This document shows, one piece after another, positions 1 to 10,035 of a DNA stretch of 64,000 nt. This DNA is from Bacteroidota bacterium (GTDB lineage Bacteria; Bacteroidota; Bacteroidia; Chitinophagales; BACL12). Numbering within the stretch: position 1 is the first letter of the stretch; each line of letters starts with the position of its first letter. Under the pieces are notes generated by a model that saw only the letters and a program-made list of their open reading frames with translations, did not search any database and was not told the DNA's origin. The position numbers and the translations under genes are program-made. The DNA is taken from the NCBI GenBank assembly GCA_016718035.1, contig JADKEK010000001.1, positions 541,276-605,275 on the forward strand, in the 5' to 3' direction.

Positions 1-40
1 AGGCAATTAAAATCACGATGGTTAATTTAATATTTTTCAT
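1..40 (-). CDS. 5-prime end of a secreted or membrane protein gene running off the left edge (partial)
   Basis: The reverse complement of 1-40 reads ATG AAA AAT ATT AAA TTA ACC ATC GTG ATT TTA ATT GCC, giving MKNIKLTIVILIA. This looks like a signal peptide, but only 13 codons are visible. Confidence 0.3.
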   Translation of the reverse strand, partial: MKNIKLTIVILIA

Positions 41-210
41 AAAATTATTTCAGCTTTTGGTAAATAATGAATTTACCGGGCATAAAAATGCCCGGAATGC
101 ACCATACATCCGGGCTGTAAATAATTTTTATTCCAGCGGTTATGCAGTGCAGTTGGCCGTTTCGGCGTCTGGGTGGAAGTTTAGTTTTTGCATAGTATGT
201 TATTTAAATT

Positions 211-236
211 AAAAAACCCGGAACATAGTCCGGGTT
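211..236 (-). terminator. Rho-independent terminator after the minus-strand cytochrome-like/barrel cluster
   Basis: Stem cccgga (217-222) pairs with tccggg (229-234) around a 6-nt loop. A T6 run follows on the minus strand, about 120 nt downstream of the stop at 354. Confidence 0.6.
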
Positions 237-353
237 CAATAAAAATAGTTTATTGTTTGTCGAACTATGACACAGTTGTATTTATGTTGTTGCTAATCAT
301 TGAATGCAAATATAAATACTTTTCTGAAAATAGTTCAGTTTTTGTAAAAAAAA

Positions 354-1238
354 TTATTCGTAAGGGCGACCAGCCACTTTGAATGTTCTGGTAATATTAA
401 ATCCAAAACGAATATTAAAATCCGGTTTCCCGTTTACTGTTTCATAAATACTGCCTTGTGTTTTTCCGATATAATGTTCAGGAATTAAATAAGGCGAATT
501 AGAAAATTGAAGTTGGAATACGTGACCTTTTGTAATGAAGTCTGCACCTATGGATAAACAATTATCATATCCAACAGGTAATTGGTCAGGAAGGGTATAA
601 AAATATTCACCGGTCAGGTCTATATTTTTTGCCACCCGTACTTTGGTAGCAATACCAACAGCAAAAATATCATTAGGGTCGCTGTTTAAGTCTACTAAAT
701 TGCGGTGCACATGTGTAGGCATTAACTGTAAAGAAAAACCATCGCTAAACTTACGTGCAATTAACAATTGATTAGCATAGCCAATTCCACCTGTAAAATA
801 AGGGTCTAATAATTCATCTGATGTATCGGTAATCACACTGATATCGCTATACAAAGTCAAAGTAATAGGCATGTTTTTGTCCCCTGTGCTTTGTTTCAAC
901 AGTTTTACTTTTACAAAACCATCATAAGTTCTGGCTAAATTACTTCTACCTGCACCTACTGTCAGCCAATTAGTAACCCCGTAATCTAAACCAATACGCA
1001 TATTGGCACCGCCATTAAAACCGAAAAAGTTGTAGAGTAAACTAAAAGGGTTTTGCTCATAAATATCGCCAAAGCGGTGAGATATGATAAACTTTGCCTG
1101 CCCCTGAACGCTTGTTTCAACACTCTGACCGCTAATGATGCGCGTATCACGAAAAGTTTCAGTGGCGTAAGTGGTATTTTGTGCATATAGCAAGCCTGAA
1201 ATTGCCATCAGCACGAAAAATGTAAAATATCTATACAT
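354..1238 (-). CDS. Outer-membrane beta-barrel-like protein (DUF5777-like by recollection)
   Basis: 294-aa ORF with signal peptide MYRYFTFFVLMAISGLLYAQ. It has an ISHRFGD motif and an alternating hydrophobic pattern. It is the last gene of a cluster with three CXXCH proteins. Confidence 0.6.
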   Translation of the reverse strand: MYRYFTFFVLMAISGLLYAQNTTYATETFRDTRIISGQSVETSVQGQAKFIISHRFGDIYEQNPFSLLYNFFGFNGGANMRIGLDYGVTNWLTVGAGRSNLARTYDGFVKVKLLKQSTGDKNMPITLTLYSDISVITDTSDELLDPYFTGGIGYANQLLIARKFSDGFSLQLMPTHVHRNLVDLNSDPNDIFAVGIATKVRVAKNIDLTGEYFYTLPDQLPVGYDNCLSIGADFITKGHVFQLQFSNSPYLIPEHYIGKTQGSIYETVNGKPDFNIRFGFNITRTFKVAGRPYE

Positions 1239-1248
1239 GAATTAAATT

Positions 1249-1644
1249 TTAATTATTGAGTGCGCCTGCATTAATCCAAGCTCTGATTTTAGCAATTTTA
1301 CAATCACTTAATTGGTCTGAACCCTGTGGCATTTCCACATAACCTGAAACCCAGGCAACAGAATTATAAAAGGAACTGGCATTAGCATCACCTGCTACTA
1401 CATAATCCATCAAAAAATCATAACCTTCTAATATTTGACTACCACCTAAAACACCGGCATTTGCTTCACTGTGACATTCTAAGCAACTGGTTTCTAAAAT
1501 TGGTAATATGGTTGTAGCATAAGTTACGTCAACCGTATCGCAAGCCGTAGTACCAAATAATTCTTCTTTGCTGTCATAATAACAGGAATTGAAAAAAAAG
1601 GCAATACATAACATGCCTAAAACTATTAAGGGTGATTTTTTCAT
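1249..1644 (-). CDS. c-type cytochrome-like lipoprotein, one CXXCH module
   Basis: I moved the start to the ATG at 1644, giving the lipobox-type signal MKKSPLIVLGMLCIAFFFNSC, 1 nt after the upstream stop. It has a CLECH motif and an IRAWINAGA module end, as in Planctomycete-type cytochrome c (PSCyt1-like) domains. Confidence 0.65.
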   Translation of the reverse strand: MKKSPLIVLGMLCIAFFFNSCYYDSKEELFGTTACDTVDVTYATTILPILETSCLECHSEANAGVLGGSQILEGYDFLMDYVVAGDANASSFYNSVAWVSGYVEMPQGSDQLSDCKIAKIRAWINAGALNN

Positions 1645-1645
1645 T

Positions 1646-2341
1646 TTAATCGTTGAGGTATCCATTTTCAATCCAAATGCGAATTTCATCTATTTTGCAA
1701 TCAGGTATTGGATTACCATTATAGGGCATTCCAACATAACCAGACTCAAACATAATTGTTCCTAAAAAACTTCCATCTGCAGCAATATCTGCCACTCCAC
1801 TGTACGAAGATAAATCAATTCCTGAAGATGTAGTAGTTGAGTTGTGACAACCCAGGCAATAAGTATCTATTATTTTTACAATTTTTCCGCTATAAGTGAC
1901 AGCAGTAGTATCGCAGTCACCTCCTTCACATGCATTATTTCTTGCACCCTGATTAATCCATTTTTCTAACAAAGCAATTTGTGCATTACTTAATGGCTCG
2001 TTTGGAGAAGGCGGCATAAAATCTTCACCACCATCTGTTACGGCTTCAATCAGTTTGCTGTCGTTGGCATCAAATGCTTTTACATATCCACTGCTCATTA
2101 CATCTTCATAACTGCTTAAAGGTGCTTTTTCGTCTATACGGCCAATACCATCATGACATCCGCTCATGGCACAATTGGAAATAAGCAAAGGCAATACGTC
2201 ATTCTGAAAATAAACAGTATCAGGGTCACAATCTACAGTTACTGTGGGATTTGTTAAATCAATTAGTGTATTATGTTTACATCCGGCCACTACAATTGCA
2301 CAGCTTAACGCTGCAATTCCGACAAATTTTGTTGTTTTCAT
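1646..2341 (-). CDS. c-type cytochrome-like protein, two modules (CX4CH + CXXCH)
   Basis: 231-aa ORF with a signal peptide. Module 1 carries CAMSGCH and ends LLEKWINQGA. Module 2 carries CLGCH and ends IRIWIENGY. It is a paralogue of the neighbouring genes. Confidence 0.7.
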   Translation of the reverse strand: MKTTKFVGIAALSCAIVVAGCKHNTLIDLTNPTVTVDCDPDTVYFQNDVLPLLISNCAMSGCHDGIGRIDEKAPLSSYEDVMSSGYVKAFDANDSKLIEAVTDGGEDFMPPSPNEPLSNAQIALLEKWINQGARNNACEGGDCDTTAVTYSGKIVKIIDTYCLGCHNSTTTSSGIDLSSYSGVADIAADGSFLGTIMFESGYVGMPYNGNPIPDCKIDEIRIWIENGYLND

Positions 2342-2429
2342 TTCTTAGTATTTATTTATGCTCTAATCCTAACAACATACAATTGTCCTTATTCGTGCTT
2401 GTTTGTGTAATTATATATGGTGACTTTTA

Positions 2430-3176
2430 TCAGTCCTCCGGGTAGCCCGCATCTACCCATATACGTATTTGGTCAATTAAACATTGAGGTAACATTGACC
2501 CACCGGGTGGCATTGAAACAAATCCAACTTCACCATTTAATGAACCTAATAATCGGCCATCTCCGGCAACATCAACAATACCATCATTTGAACCTGTGCC
2601 TAAATAAGCAGTTAATGATAATCCTCCTGAAGGTGAACTTGCGTCGTGACATCCTGTGCAATAAGCATCCATGATAGGTAAAATGGTACCACTGAATGTA
2701 ACAGCACTGGTATCACAATCTGTGCAACTGTTATCTAGAGCACCTTGTTCTTGCCAAAGTATAATCATGGCAATCTCTTCATCAGTAAGCGAGGCCATAG
2801 GAGGAGGAGGCATTAAATCATATCCTGTTTCAGTTACCACATCGTAAAACTCACTGTCGTAAGGATCACTTGGTTTCATAATATGACTTGATATCACCTT
2901 GGCATAGGTAGATAAATTGATGCCTTCTTCATGCGTTTCCGCATCGTGGCAACCACTTATTGCACAATTGGAAATAAGTATTGGATAGATGTCATTTTCG
3001 AAGTAAACCGTATCCGGGTCACAATTAGAAGTGATGATGATGGTATCACCAGTCGTATCTATCGGCTCGATAGGATCTTCGACTAAAATATCTAAAGGAC
3101 TGTGTTTACATGATTGGATAGATGCTGCACCTGCAATTGCCAGGACAAACAAGAAAAATAAGAATCTACGCTGCAT
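2430..3176 (-). CDS. c-type cytochrome-like protein, two modules (CX4CH + CXXCH)
   Basis: 248-aa ORF with a signal peptide. Module 1 carries CAISGCH and module 2 carries CTGCH, ending IRIWVDAGY. It is a paralogue of 1646-2341. Confidence 0.7.
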   Translation of the reverse strand: MQRRFLFFLFVLAIAGAASIQSCKHSPLDILVEDPIEPIDTTGDTIIITSNCDPDTVYFENDIYPILISNCAISGCHDAETHEEGINLSTYAKVISSHIMKPSDPYDSEFYDVVTETGYDLMPPPPMASLTDEEIAMIILWQEQGALDNSCTDCDTSAVTFSGTILPIMDAYCTGCHDASSPSGGLSLTAYLGTGSNDGIVDVAGDGRLLGSLNGEVGFVSMPPGGSMLPQCLIDQIRIWVDAGYPED

Positions 3177-3357
3177 ATATATTTTTAACTAATACAAAGG
3201 TAATGCGTGTATGCAGACATATTAGGGACATTTTTTCATCATTTCCACAAAAAATGATGTTATTCAAACGGCAGTTTCCGTTTAAAAATTGTTTTTAACA
3301 TCCAAATACTTGAATTTTATGGCACGATATTTTATTTTAGAGCAACAAAACTACATT

Positions 3358-4053
3358 ATGAAGAAAATACACTATTTGTTCCTACTCCCTTTTGCCGCTT
3401 CCACTTTTTTTATTTCATGTGAAGACATTAACATCGACGATTTATTGTCTGATGGCGACGTGGCTGCTGCTTTGAGAGAGGCACTCACTATTGGTACTGA
3501 TACAGCGGTTACCAAAGGTTCGGCTATAGATGGTTATTTTGCCAATCCTGATATTAAGATTTTGTTCCCTGAAGAAGCTGCTGTTGTTGAAAGTGTTGTT
3601 GGCGTAATTCCGGGTGGAGATGTGCTGATTGATGAATTTATTCAATCTGTAAACCGCGCTGCGGAAGATGCTGCAGATGAGGCTACACCTATTATTAAAG
3701 ATGCCATTGTCAATATTACTTTCGATGATGCCATGACCATTTTAAATGGTACAGATACGGCTGCAACTAATTATCTCAGACTAAAAACATTTTCCGATTT
3801 ATATACCGCCTTTAAACCCGATATCCAAAATTCATTAGAAGGAGTTGGCGCACAGCAGGCATGGGAAGAAGTAATTGATTTGTATAATACTATTCCTTTT
3901 GTGGAAGATGTAAATACCGACCTTGCTGATTATTCTACCAATAAAGGACTGGATGGTTTGTTTATTTTATTAGGTCAGGAAGAAGGAAAAATAAGAACAG
4001 ATGTTGAACATCAGGTAACGAGTTTGTTACAGGAAGTGTTTGGCGGAAATTAA
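3358..4053 (+). CDS. DUF4197-like secreted protein
   Basis: I set the start at the ATG at 3358 (MKKIHYLFLLPFAASTFFISC). The mature part (ALREALTIGTDTAVTKGS..DGYF.NPDIKILFPEEA) matches my memory of the DUF4197 family. Confidence 0.6.
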   Translation: MKKIHYLFLLPFAASTFFISCEDINIDDLLSDGDVAAALREALTIGTDTAVTKGSAIDGYFANPDIKILFPEEAAVVESVVGVIPGGDVLIDEFIQSVNRAAEDAADEATPIIKDAIVNITFDDAMTILNGTDTAATNYLRLKTFSDLYTAFKPDIQNSLEGVGAQQAWEEVIDLYNTIPFVEDVNTDLADYSTNKGLDGLFILLGQEEGKIRTDVEHQVTSLLQEVFGGN

Positions 4054-4249
4054 TATTTTTCGACTAACGGCTGTTCAAAGCTATTAGCTACCTACATTAT
4101 CGTGTTGAAGCTTTGAAATCACTTGCTAATCGTGTTTTCAAAGCTTCAAACATTTTGTAAAGACTGTAAAAACTGCACAAATTGTTGCAGTTTTGTTTTT
4201 TATGCTGCTGATGAACCTGAGCAATTGTTTACATGATTCTGTGTTATTC

Positions 4250-4897
4250 ATGACCATCCCGGAAATAATTGCCGTTGCTACCGGAATTTTAAGTGTTTGG
4301 TTCGCAAAAAAAGAAAATATACTTGTTTACCCTATCGGCATTATTAGCGTGCTATTATATGTCTACATCTGTCTGGAAGTAAAATTGTATGCCGATGCAG
4401 CAATTAATGCCTATTATTTTGTTGTGAGTATTTATGGCTGGTATTATTGGAAAAATGGCAAAACGGAAGGAATTTCAAAAAATAAAATAGAACAAAACCA
4501 ATTCGATCAGGTTTTTACAATCGAGCAGGATATTCCTTTTCCCGGAAAAAAAGCAGCAATAAGCTGGAATAAAAAAGAGGAGAATTTATACTATGCTTTG
4601 GGAACAATATTTTTAGCGGTGTTTTTAGGGTATATGCTGAATGAATTTACCGATTCTAATGTTCCTTATTGGGATGGAGGAACAACGGCTATTTTTTGTA
4701 TGGCAATGATTTTGATGGCACTTAAAAAAATTGAAAACTGGATATATTGGATTATTGGCGATGTAATTTGTATTCCATTATTTTTTTCTAAAGGCTTATG
4801 TTTAAGTTCGTTCCAATACCTTATATTTACAGTGATAGCCATTGCAGGATTAATGGCTTGGATGAAAAAATATAACCACTTAAAAACTACTTCATGA
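4250..4897 (+). CDS. pnuC: Nicotinamide riboside transporter PnuC family
   Basis: Multi-pass membrane protein with the PnuC-typical YGWYYW motif. I chose the start at ATG 4250 (MTIPEII). Its stop overlaps the start of the NadR-like kinase gene in an ATGA. Confidence 0.75.
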   Translation: MTIPEIIAVATGILSVWFAKKENILVYPIGIISVLLYVYICLEVKLYADAAINAYYFVVSIYGWYYWKNGKTEGISKNKIEQNQFDQVFTIEQDIPFPGKKAAISWNKKEENLYYALGTIFLAVFLGYMLNEFTDSNVPYWDGGTTAIFCMAMILMALKKIENWIYWIIGDVICIPLFFSKGLCLSSFQYLIFTVIAIAGLMAWMKKYNHLKTTS

Positions 4898-5418
4898 TAC
4901 ATAAAATTGTGTTTACAGGCCCCGAATCATGCGGTAAATCTACATTGGTAGAATTATTGGCGCAAAAATTACAATTGCCTTTTGTTCCAGAAATGGCAAG
5001 GCCCTATATCAATAATCTCAACAGAAAATATACTTACGACGACCTGCTCAGTATTGCAATGTTGCAAATGAGCGAAGAGGAACGGATAAAAGCGATGTTT
5101 CCACCATTACTGATTTGTGATACCGATTTGCTCACGATTAAAATTTGGTGCGACGATAAATATCAACGCTGCGAGCATTGGCTCAACCATGCCTGGGTAG
5201 ATAGAACCCCGTCTGTATATTTTTTGTGTGCGCCTGATTTTCCTTGGCAACCCGACCCTCAGCGCGAAGACCCTCACAGAAGAGAAACACTTTATCAGGT
5301 ATATAAAGACCACATGGTGAAATATAAATTGCGTTTTATCGAATTAAAAGGCACTGTGGAACAGCGTTTGGCGACCGTCATGAAACATCTGGAAGGCGAT
5401 AGTCAACAATTATATTAA
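4894..5418 (+). CDS. AAA-type ATPase resembling the ribosylnicotinamide kinase domain of NadR
   Basis: P-loop GPESCGKST, 174 aa, translationally coupled to pnuC. This is the classical PnuC plus RNK salvage pairing. Confidence 0.65.
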   Translation: MIHKIVFTGPESCGKSTLVELLAQKLQLPFVPEMARPYINNLNRKYTYDDLLSIAMLQMSEEERIKAMFPPLLICDTDLLTIKIWCDDKYQRCEHWLNHAWVDRTPSVYFLCAPDFPWQPDPQREDPHRRETLYQVYKDHMVKYKLRFIELKGTVEQRLATVMKHLEGDSQQLY

Positions 5419-5444
5419 AATCTTGTTATACCTTTGTAACATCT

Positions 5445-5535
5445 CATGGGGTGTTGTTTGTTCGCAAGCGACTGAGATTAAACCCATCGAACCTGGCCGG
5501 GTAATTCCGGGTAGGGATTGAGGAAATTATTATTT
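5445..5535 (+). promoter_or_regulatory. TPP (THI-box) riboswitch
   Basis: The conserved THI-element blocks occur in the right order: GGGGTG, CTGAGA, ACCC, GAACCTG, GGTAAT.CCGGG, TAGGGA. A downstream pairing of gcaaagg with cctttgc ends just before the ATG at 5584 and could be the expression platform. Confidence 0.85.
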
Positions 5536-5583
5536 CTGCCGGCAAAGGCTCCATTTGCAGGTTTCAAACTGTAAACCTTTGCT

Positions 5584-8001
5584 ATGAAAAAGTTTTTCTT
5601 TTTTTCATTTTTTATATTCCTATTGGGTGCTGTAAACGCTCAGATTACGATAACCGGTAATGTTTCGATAATTGACGAAAAAAAGCCAATTAGTGATGCT
5701 GCTGTTTATTTTGTAAAAAATGATGTGTTGGTGTTTACCAACCAAAACGGTGATTTTATAGCAATACTTGATAGTTTCGAAATGCCAACTGCTCAGCATA
5801 TCGCATTCCTTAGCGAAGACATACAATATGAATTAGTAGTTAACGATATGAATACCACCGGAAAACAACCTTACTCTGAAATTAAAATGTATTTGTATCC
5901 TAAAAATTATATTTTTCTTCCCGTAAAAATCAATGCGAATTCCTGGATACAAAAAGCACCATTATCTATTAAAGTAATAAAAGGAACACAGTTGAATGAA
6001 AATAATTTTGGCGAAGACATGCCATTTTTATTAGAGTCAACTCCATCCGCAGTGGTAACCTCCGATGCCGGTAATGGCGTGGGTTATACCGGAATGCGTA
6101 TACGCGGAAGTGATGCAACTCGTGTAAGTGTTACCGTTAACGGTGTACCATATAATGACGCTGAATCACAACAAACCTATTGGGTCGATTTACCCGATTT
6201 TGCTTCCAGTGTTGATGATATTCAAATTCAACGTGGTGTAGGAACATCAACAAATGGTATAAGTGCATTTGGAGCTGCAATTAATATCAATACTAATAAT
6301 TTAAGTAATACTCCTTTTATAAAAACAGGATATTATACCGGTTCATTTAATCTCTCCAAAAAAATGATTCAATTTGGCAGCGGTTTAATCAATAAACATT
6401 GGACCATTGAAGGTCGTTACTCTGATGTATATGCTGAAGGGTATATCGACAGAGCGTATGCCGATTTAAATAGTTATTTCATCACCGCTGCTTATCAGTC
6501 CGAAAAATATAAATCGGTAATTAATGTTTTTTCAGGTAATGAAGTTACTTATCAGTCGTGGGGAGGTGTGCCTGCGGAAATTATTGATACCAACAGAACC
6601 TATAATCCATACACATACGAAAATCAGACGGATAATTATATCCAAACACATTATCAATGGCATAACACTTTTGTTTTAAAAGAGGATGATCTTTTAAAAG
6701 TGACATTTAATTATACTAAAGGGAAAGGATATTACGAACAATATGAAACCGACCAAGCTTTTAGTGATTATGGAGCAGAAGATGTAATAGTAAATGAAGA
6801 CACCATTTCTACAACTGATTTAATTTCACGTAAATGGCTCGACAGCGATTTTGGGGGCATGTTTTTACAATACGAACACAATTTAAATAATAATACAAAA
6901 TTCAATATTGGCGGCGCATATTATTTACATGCCGGTGATCATTTTGGAAATATTATTTGGAGCGAATGGGCTTCAACTTTACCACATAATTATGATTGGT
7001 ATCGCAACGATGCGTTAAAACAAGACGGCAATATTTTTGCACAATACATTTATCAAAACAATAAAATAAATTGGCTTATTGACCTTCAAGTGCGCAACGT
7101 TAATTATCGTTTTGAAGGCCGCGACCAATATGCTGCGCCACTTGAACAACAAGTAAATCATGTGTTTTTTAATCCGAAGGCAGGAATTACATTTTCACAC
7201 AACGATTTGTTCGAAACATACGTGTTTGCAGGTGTTTCAGGCAAAGAACCTAATCGCGACGACTTCGTAGAATCATCACCGGAAAGTCGACCGTCACCCG
7301 AATATTTATACAATGCCGAAATAGGAGAGCGCCTGCGATTTAAAGGATGGCAATTTGAAGCGAATTATTATTTGATGTATTATAAAAATCAATTAGTGCT
7401 TACCGGAGAAATTAATGATGTTGGTGCCTATACCAGAACAAATATTCCTGAAAGTTATAGAACCGGAATTGAAATGGCATGGGGGAAATCAATGTTTTCA
7501 AATAAATTAATTTGGGAAGGAAATATTGCATTCAGTCAAAATATTATTACTACATACACCGAATTTGTCGATAATTGGGATACAGGTGAGCAAACAGCAA
7601 TTGTTTACAACAATACCGATATTGCATTTTCTCCCAACCTGATTGCTTTTAATAAATTAAAATATCAGTTGATTGCTTTCGGAAATACCACCTTTAATTC
7701 TCAGTTTCATATTTGGGTAACTTCAAAATATGTGGGTGAACAATATGCAGATAATACCGGTGATGTTGCTCGTATGTTGGATGCATATTTAGTGCATGAT
7801 GCAGGTATCAGTTATAATTTGCAAAAATCGAATAAGCAGCTGCTTGCGGTGACCTTCAATTTGCAAAACTTTACCAATGCCGAATACGAAAGCAACGCCT
7901 GGGTGTATCGGTATATTTATGAAAATGCACAAAACCAGCTTTTGGGCTATTATCCGCAGGCTTTAATCAACTGGAATGCCGGCTTGGTACTATCATTTTA
8001 A
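5584..8001 (+). CDS. TonB-dependent receptor with N-terminal carboxypeptidase-regulatory-like domain (thiamin-related by riboswitch context)
   Basis: 805-aa ORF with a signal peptide and a plug-like region (GYTGMRIRGSDATRVSV.VNGVPYND). It has a long beta-barrel ending in an aromatic residue (LVLSF). The TPP riboswitch lies directly upstream. Confidence 0.85.
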   Translation: MKKFFFFSFFIFLLGAVNAQITITGNVSIIDEKKPISDAAVYFVKNDVLVFTNQNGDFIAILDSFEMPTAQHIAFLSEDIQYELVVNDMNTTGKQPYSEIKMYLYPKNYIFLPVKINANSWIQKAPLSIKVIKGTQLNENNFGEDMPFLLESTPSAVVTSDAGNGVGYTGMRIRGSDATRVSVTVNGVPYNDAESQQTYWVDLPDFASSVDDIQIQRGVGTSTNGISAFGAAININTNNLSNTPFIKTGYYTGSFNLSKKMIQFGSGLINKHWTIEGRYSDVYAEGYIDRAYADLNSYFITAAYQSEKYKSVINVFSGNEVTYQSWGGVPAEIIDTNRTYNPYTYENQTDNYIQTHYQWHNTFVLKEDDLLKVTFNYTKGKGYYEQYETDQAFSDYGAEDVIVNEDTISTTDLISRKWLDSDFGGMFLQYEHNLNNNTKFNIGGAYYLHAGDHFGNIIWSEWASTLPHNYDWYRNDALKQDGNIFAQYIYQNNKINWLIDLQVRNVNYRFEGRDQYAAPLEQQVNHVFFNPKAGITFSHNDLFETYVFAGVSGKEPNRDDFVESSPESRPSPEYLYNAEIGERLRFKGWQFEANYYLMYYKNQLVLTGEINDVGAYTRTNIPESYRTGIEMAWGKSMFSNKLIWEGNIAFSQNIITTYTEFVDNWDTGEQTAIVYNNTDIAFSPNLIAFNKLKYQLIAFGNTTFNSQFHIWVTSKYVGEQYADNTGDVARMLDAYLVHDAGISYNLQKSNKQLLAVTFNLQNFTNAEYESNAWVYRYIYENAQNQLLGYYPQALINWNAGLVLSF

Positions 8002-8087
8002 AACCTTTTACACTACCTGCTGTTATTGATAAAAATCATTTTGGTTAAGCTTAAAATTCCAATTACCTTTAATCAGACTTTTGAGCT

Positions 8088-10016
8088 ATGAAGAAATCTT
8101 TACTCACCACATCGCTAGCCATAATTACCACTGTATTGTTTACAGGGCTAGTTATACCACCGGTTGATACTGAATATGACTGGATGGTGGAAGGCAATGA
8201 TGTCGATGCTGAATTCGGTTTTTGGATTGACGGTGGCGGCGATGTAAATGGTGATGGTTACGATGATGTCATTATTGGCGCATCGGGGTATGAGCATGAT
8301 TTCATAGGCGAAGGCGCTGTATTTATTTATTTTGGCTCACCTTCAGGTCTTTCACTTGAGCCTGATTGGGTGCAATATGGCGAACATGACAGCAGTGGAT
8401 ACGGACGTTGCGTTTCTATAAAAGGTGACGTAAATAATGATGGTTATGCAGATGTTTTAGTTGGCGCTCATTCGTTTACAGGAGCAAGAATAAATGAAGG
8501 TAAAGTGTATTTATATCTGGGTGGACCCGATGGACCTTCTACCACACCATACTGGACCAAAGTAGGTGGAAGGAAAGGTGCTAAATTAGGTGAGGCAGTG
8601 GTTTTTGCTGGCGATCTGAACAATGATCATTACGATGAAATTTGTGTAGGCGCTCATGGTTGGGACGATGATGAAGTGTTAGGAGACTCAGGTAATAAAG
8701 CCGGTAAATTTTGGATATTTAATGGCAATGCAGAGGGAATTAATCCTGATCCATTTATGTCTTGCGTAGGTATTGTTGAAGATGCCAACCTTGGCGTATC
8801 TATGGATCGCGCAGGTGATGTAAATGGCGATGGATTTAACGACCTGCATATTGGCGGATATATTTTCCTTATTGGGGATGGCATGTTGTGTACGTTTCAC
8901 GGCAGTGCTGTTGGCCCAGATGGCATACCTGATTTTATGGTAGCCGGCGGCGCAATGGATACATCATTTTTTGCGATCAATCTATCTTCAGCTGGAGATG
9001 TAAATGGTGATGGTTTCGATGATGTTGTAATTGGTTCACCAAGATATGATGCCCTCGGTGTATACCAGTCCGGTAAACTCCAAGTCTACTTAGGAAGTGA
9101 AGGAGGATTGCAGCCTGAAATAGCCTTCACAGTCCATGGCACACAATACGATGAACGGTTTGCATTTAACGTAAACGATGCAGGAGATTTAAACCACGAT
9201 GGTTATGATGATTTATTAGTTGGCTCCAAATATTATGATAATGGTGATTTACAAAATACCGGCAAAGCTGAAATATATCTCGGAGGGCCTCAAGGTTTGC
9301 AAAATACACCTACATGGTCGTTTGTGGGAGTGGATAGCGGTAACGCACTTGGAACCAATCTGGCAAATGCAGGTGATGTAAATGGCGATGGATACGATGA
9401 TATAATTGTTTCAGGTGATGAATATTGTGGCGATTTATTAAGGGAAGGTGCTGTTTATATGTTTTATGGTCAACCGCAAAAATGTGAAGCACCACAAAAT
9501 CTCACGCCGTATTTCGTTACCCCTAATTCTGTTACCATTGGCTGGGATTGGCTGTATGGTTCACAGAAATATAAATTTTATATGCGTAGAACCGATGGTG
9601 TTGGCACAGAGTATAAAATTATCACTCAGGATTCGTTGTTGTTTATTGGAGGGCTGACTTCCGGAAAAGAGTATACAGCTTATGTTGCAGCAAAATGTGA
9701 TGGAGGATGGACAGATAAATCTGAAATTATTACGTTTACTACTCCTGGACACAAAGAAGGTGAATTATCAGGCATGCAAATTTATCCATCACCAACTTCT
9801 GATAAAATCAATATCAATTTGGGCCCTGCAACCGGTCCGGTGCTGATTAGAATAGTGAATTTAGCAGGTGAAGTAGTGTTTGAAAACCAATACCAGATTG
9901 ATGAATCTCATACTGTAATTGTAGTCAATGAGGTGAAAGCCCTTCCTGTAGGCAATTATTTCGTTTTGGTTGAAACCAGCAATAGTAAATTGACCAAACA
10001 ATTCGTTAAACAATAA
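8088..10016 (+). CDS. FG-GAP (integrin-alpha-like) repeat protein with FN3-like domain and T9SS C-terminal sorting domain
   Basis: Repeated GDVNGDGYDDV-type calcium-binding FG-GAP motifs. The C-terminal segment IYPSPTSDKININ...VLVETSNSKLTKQFVKQ is typical of T9SS CTDs. Confidence 0.8.
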   Translation: MKKSLLTTSLAIITTVLFTGLVIPPVDTEYDWMVEGNDVDAEFGFWIDGGGDVNGDGYDDVIIGASGYEHDFIGEGAVFIYFGSPSGLSLEPDWVQYGEHDSSGYGRCVSIKGDVNNDGYADVLVGAHSFTGARINEGKVYLYLGGPDGPSTTPYWTKVGGRKGAKLGEAVVFAGDLNNDHYDEICVGAHGWDDDEVLGDSGNKAGKFWIFNGNAEGINPDPFMSCVGIVEDANLGVSMDRAGDVNGDGFNDLHIGGYIFLIGDGMLCTFHGSAVGPDGIPDFMVAGGAMDTSFFAINLSSAGDVNGDGFDDVVIGSPRYDALGVYQSGKLQVYLGSEGGLQPEIAFTVHGTQYDERFAFNVNDAGDLNHDGYDDLLVGSKYYDNGDLQNTGKAEIYLGGPQGLQNTPTWSFVGVDSGNALGTNLANAGDVNGDGYDDIIVSGDEYCGDLLREGAVYMFYGQPQKCEAPQNLTPYFVTPNSVTIGWDWLYGSQKYKFYMRRTDGVGTEYKIITQDSLLFIGGLTSGKEYTAYVAAKCDGGWTDKSEIITFTTPGHKEGELSGMQIYPSPTSDKININLGPATGPVLIRIVNLAGEVVFENQYQIDESHTVIVVNEVKALPVGNYFVLVETSNSKLTKQFVKQ

Positions 10017-10035
10017 CCGTGTGCACAAATTATAG

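Noticed and set aside
18-382. ORFs 18-212 and 188-382 (+)
   Set aside because: They lie in an intergenic region containing two hairpins (76-95 and 217-234) and the terminator of the minus-strand cluster. Their products are low-complexity.
4250-5418. Pnu-family transporter as the thiamin transporter PnuT of the TPP regulon
   Set aside because: The riboswitch lies downstream of these genes, so it cannot control them. The coupled partner also looks like a ribosylnicotinamide kinase rather than a thiamin pyrophosphokinase.
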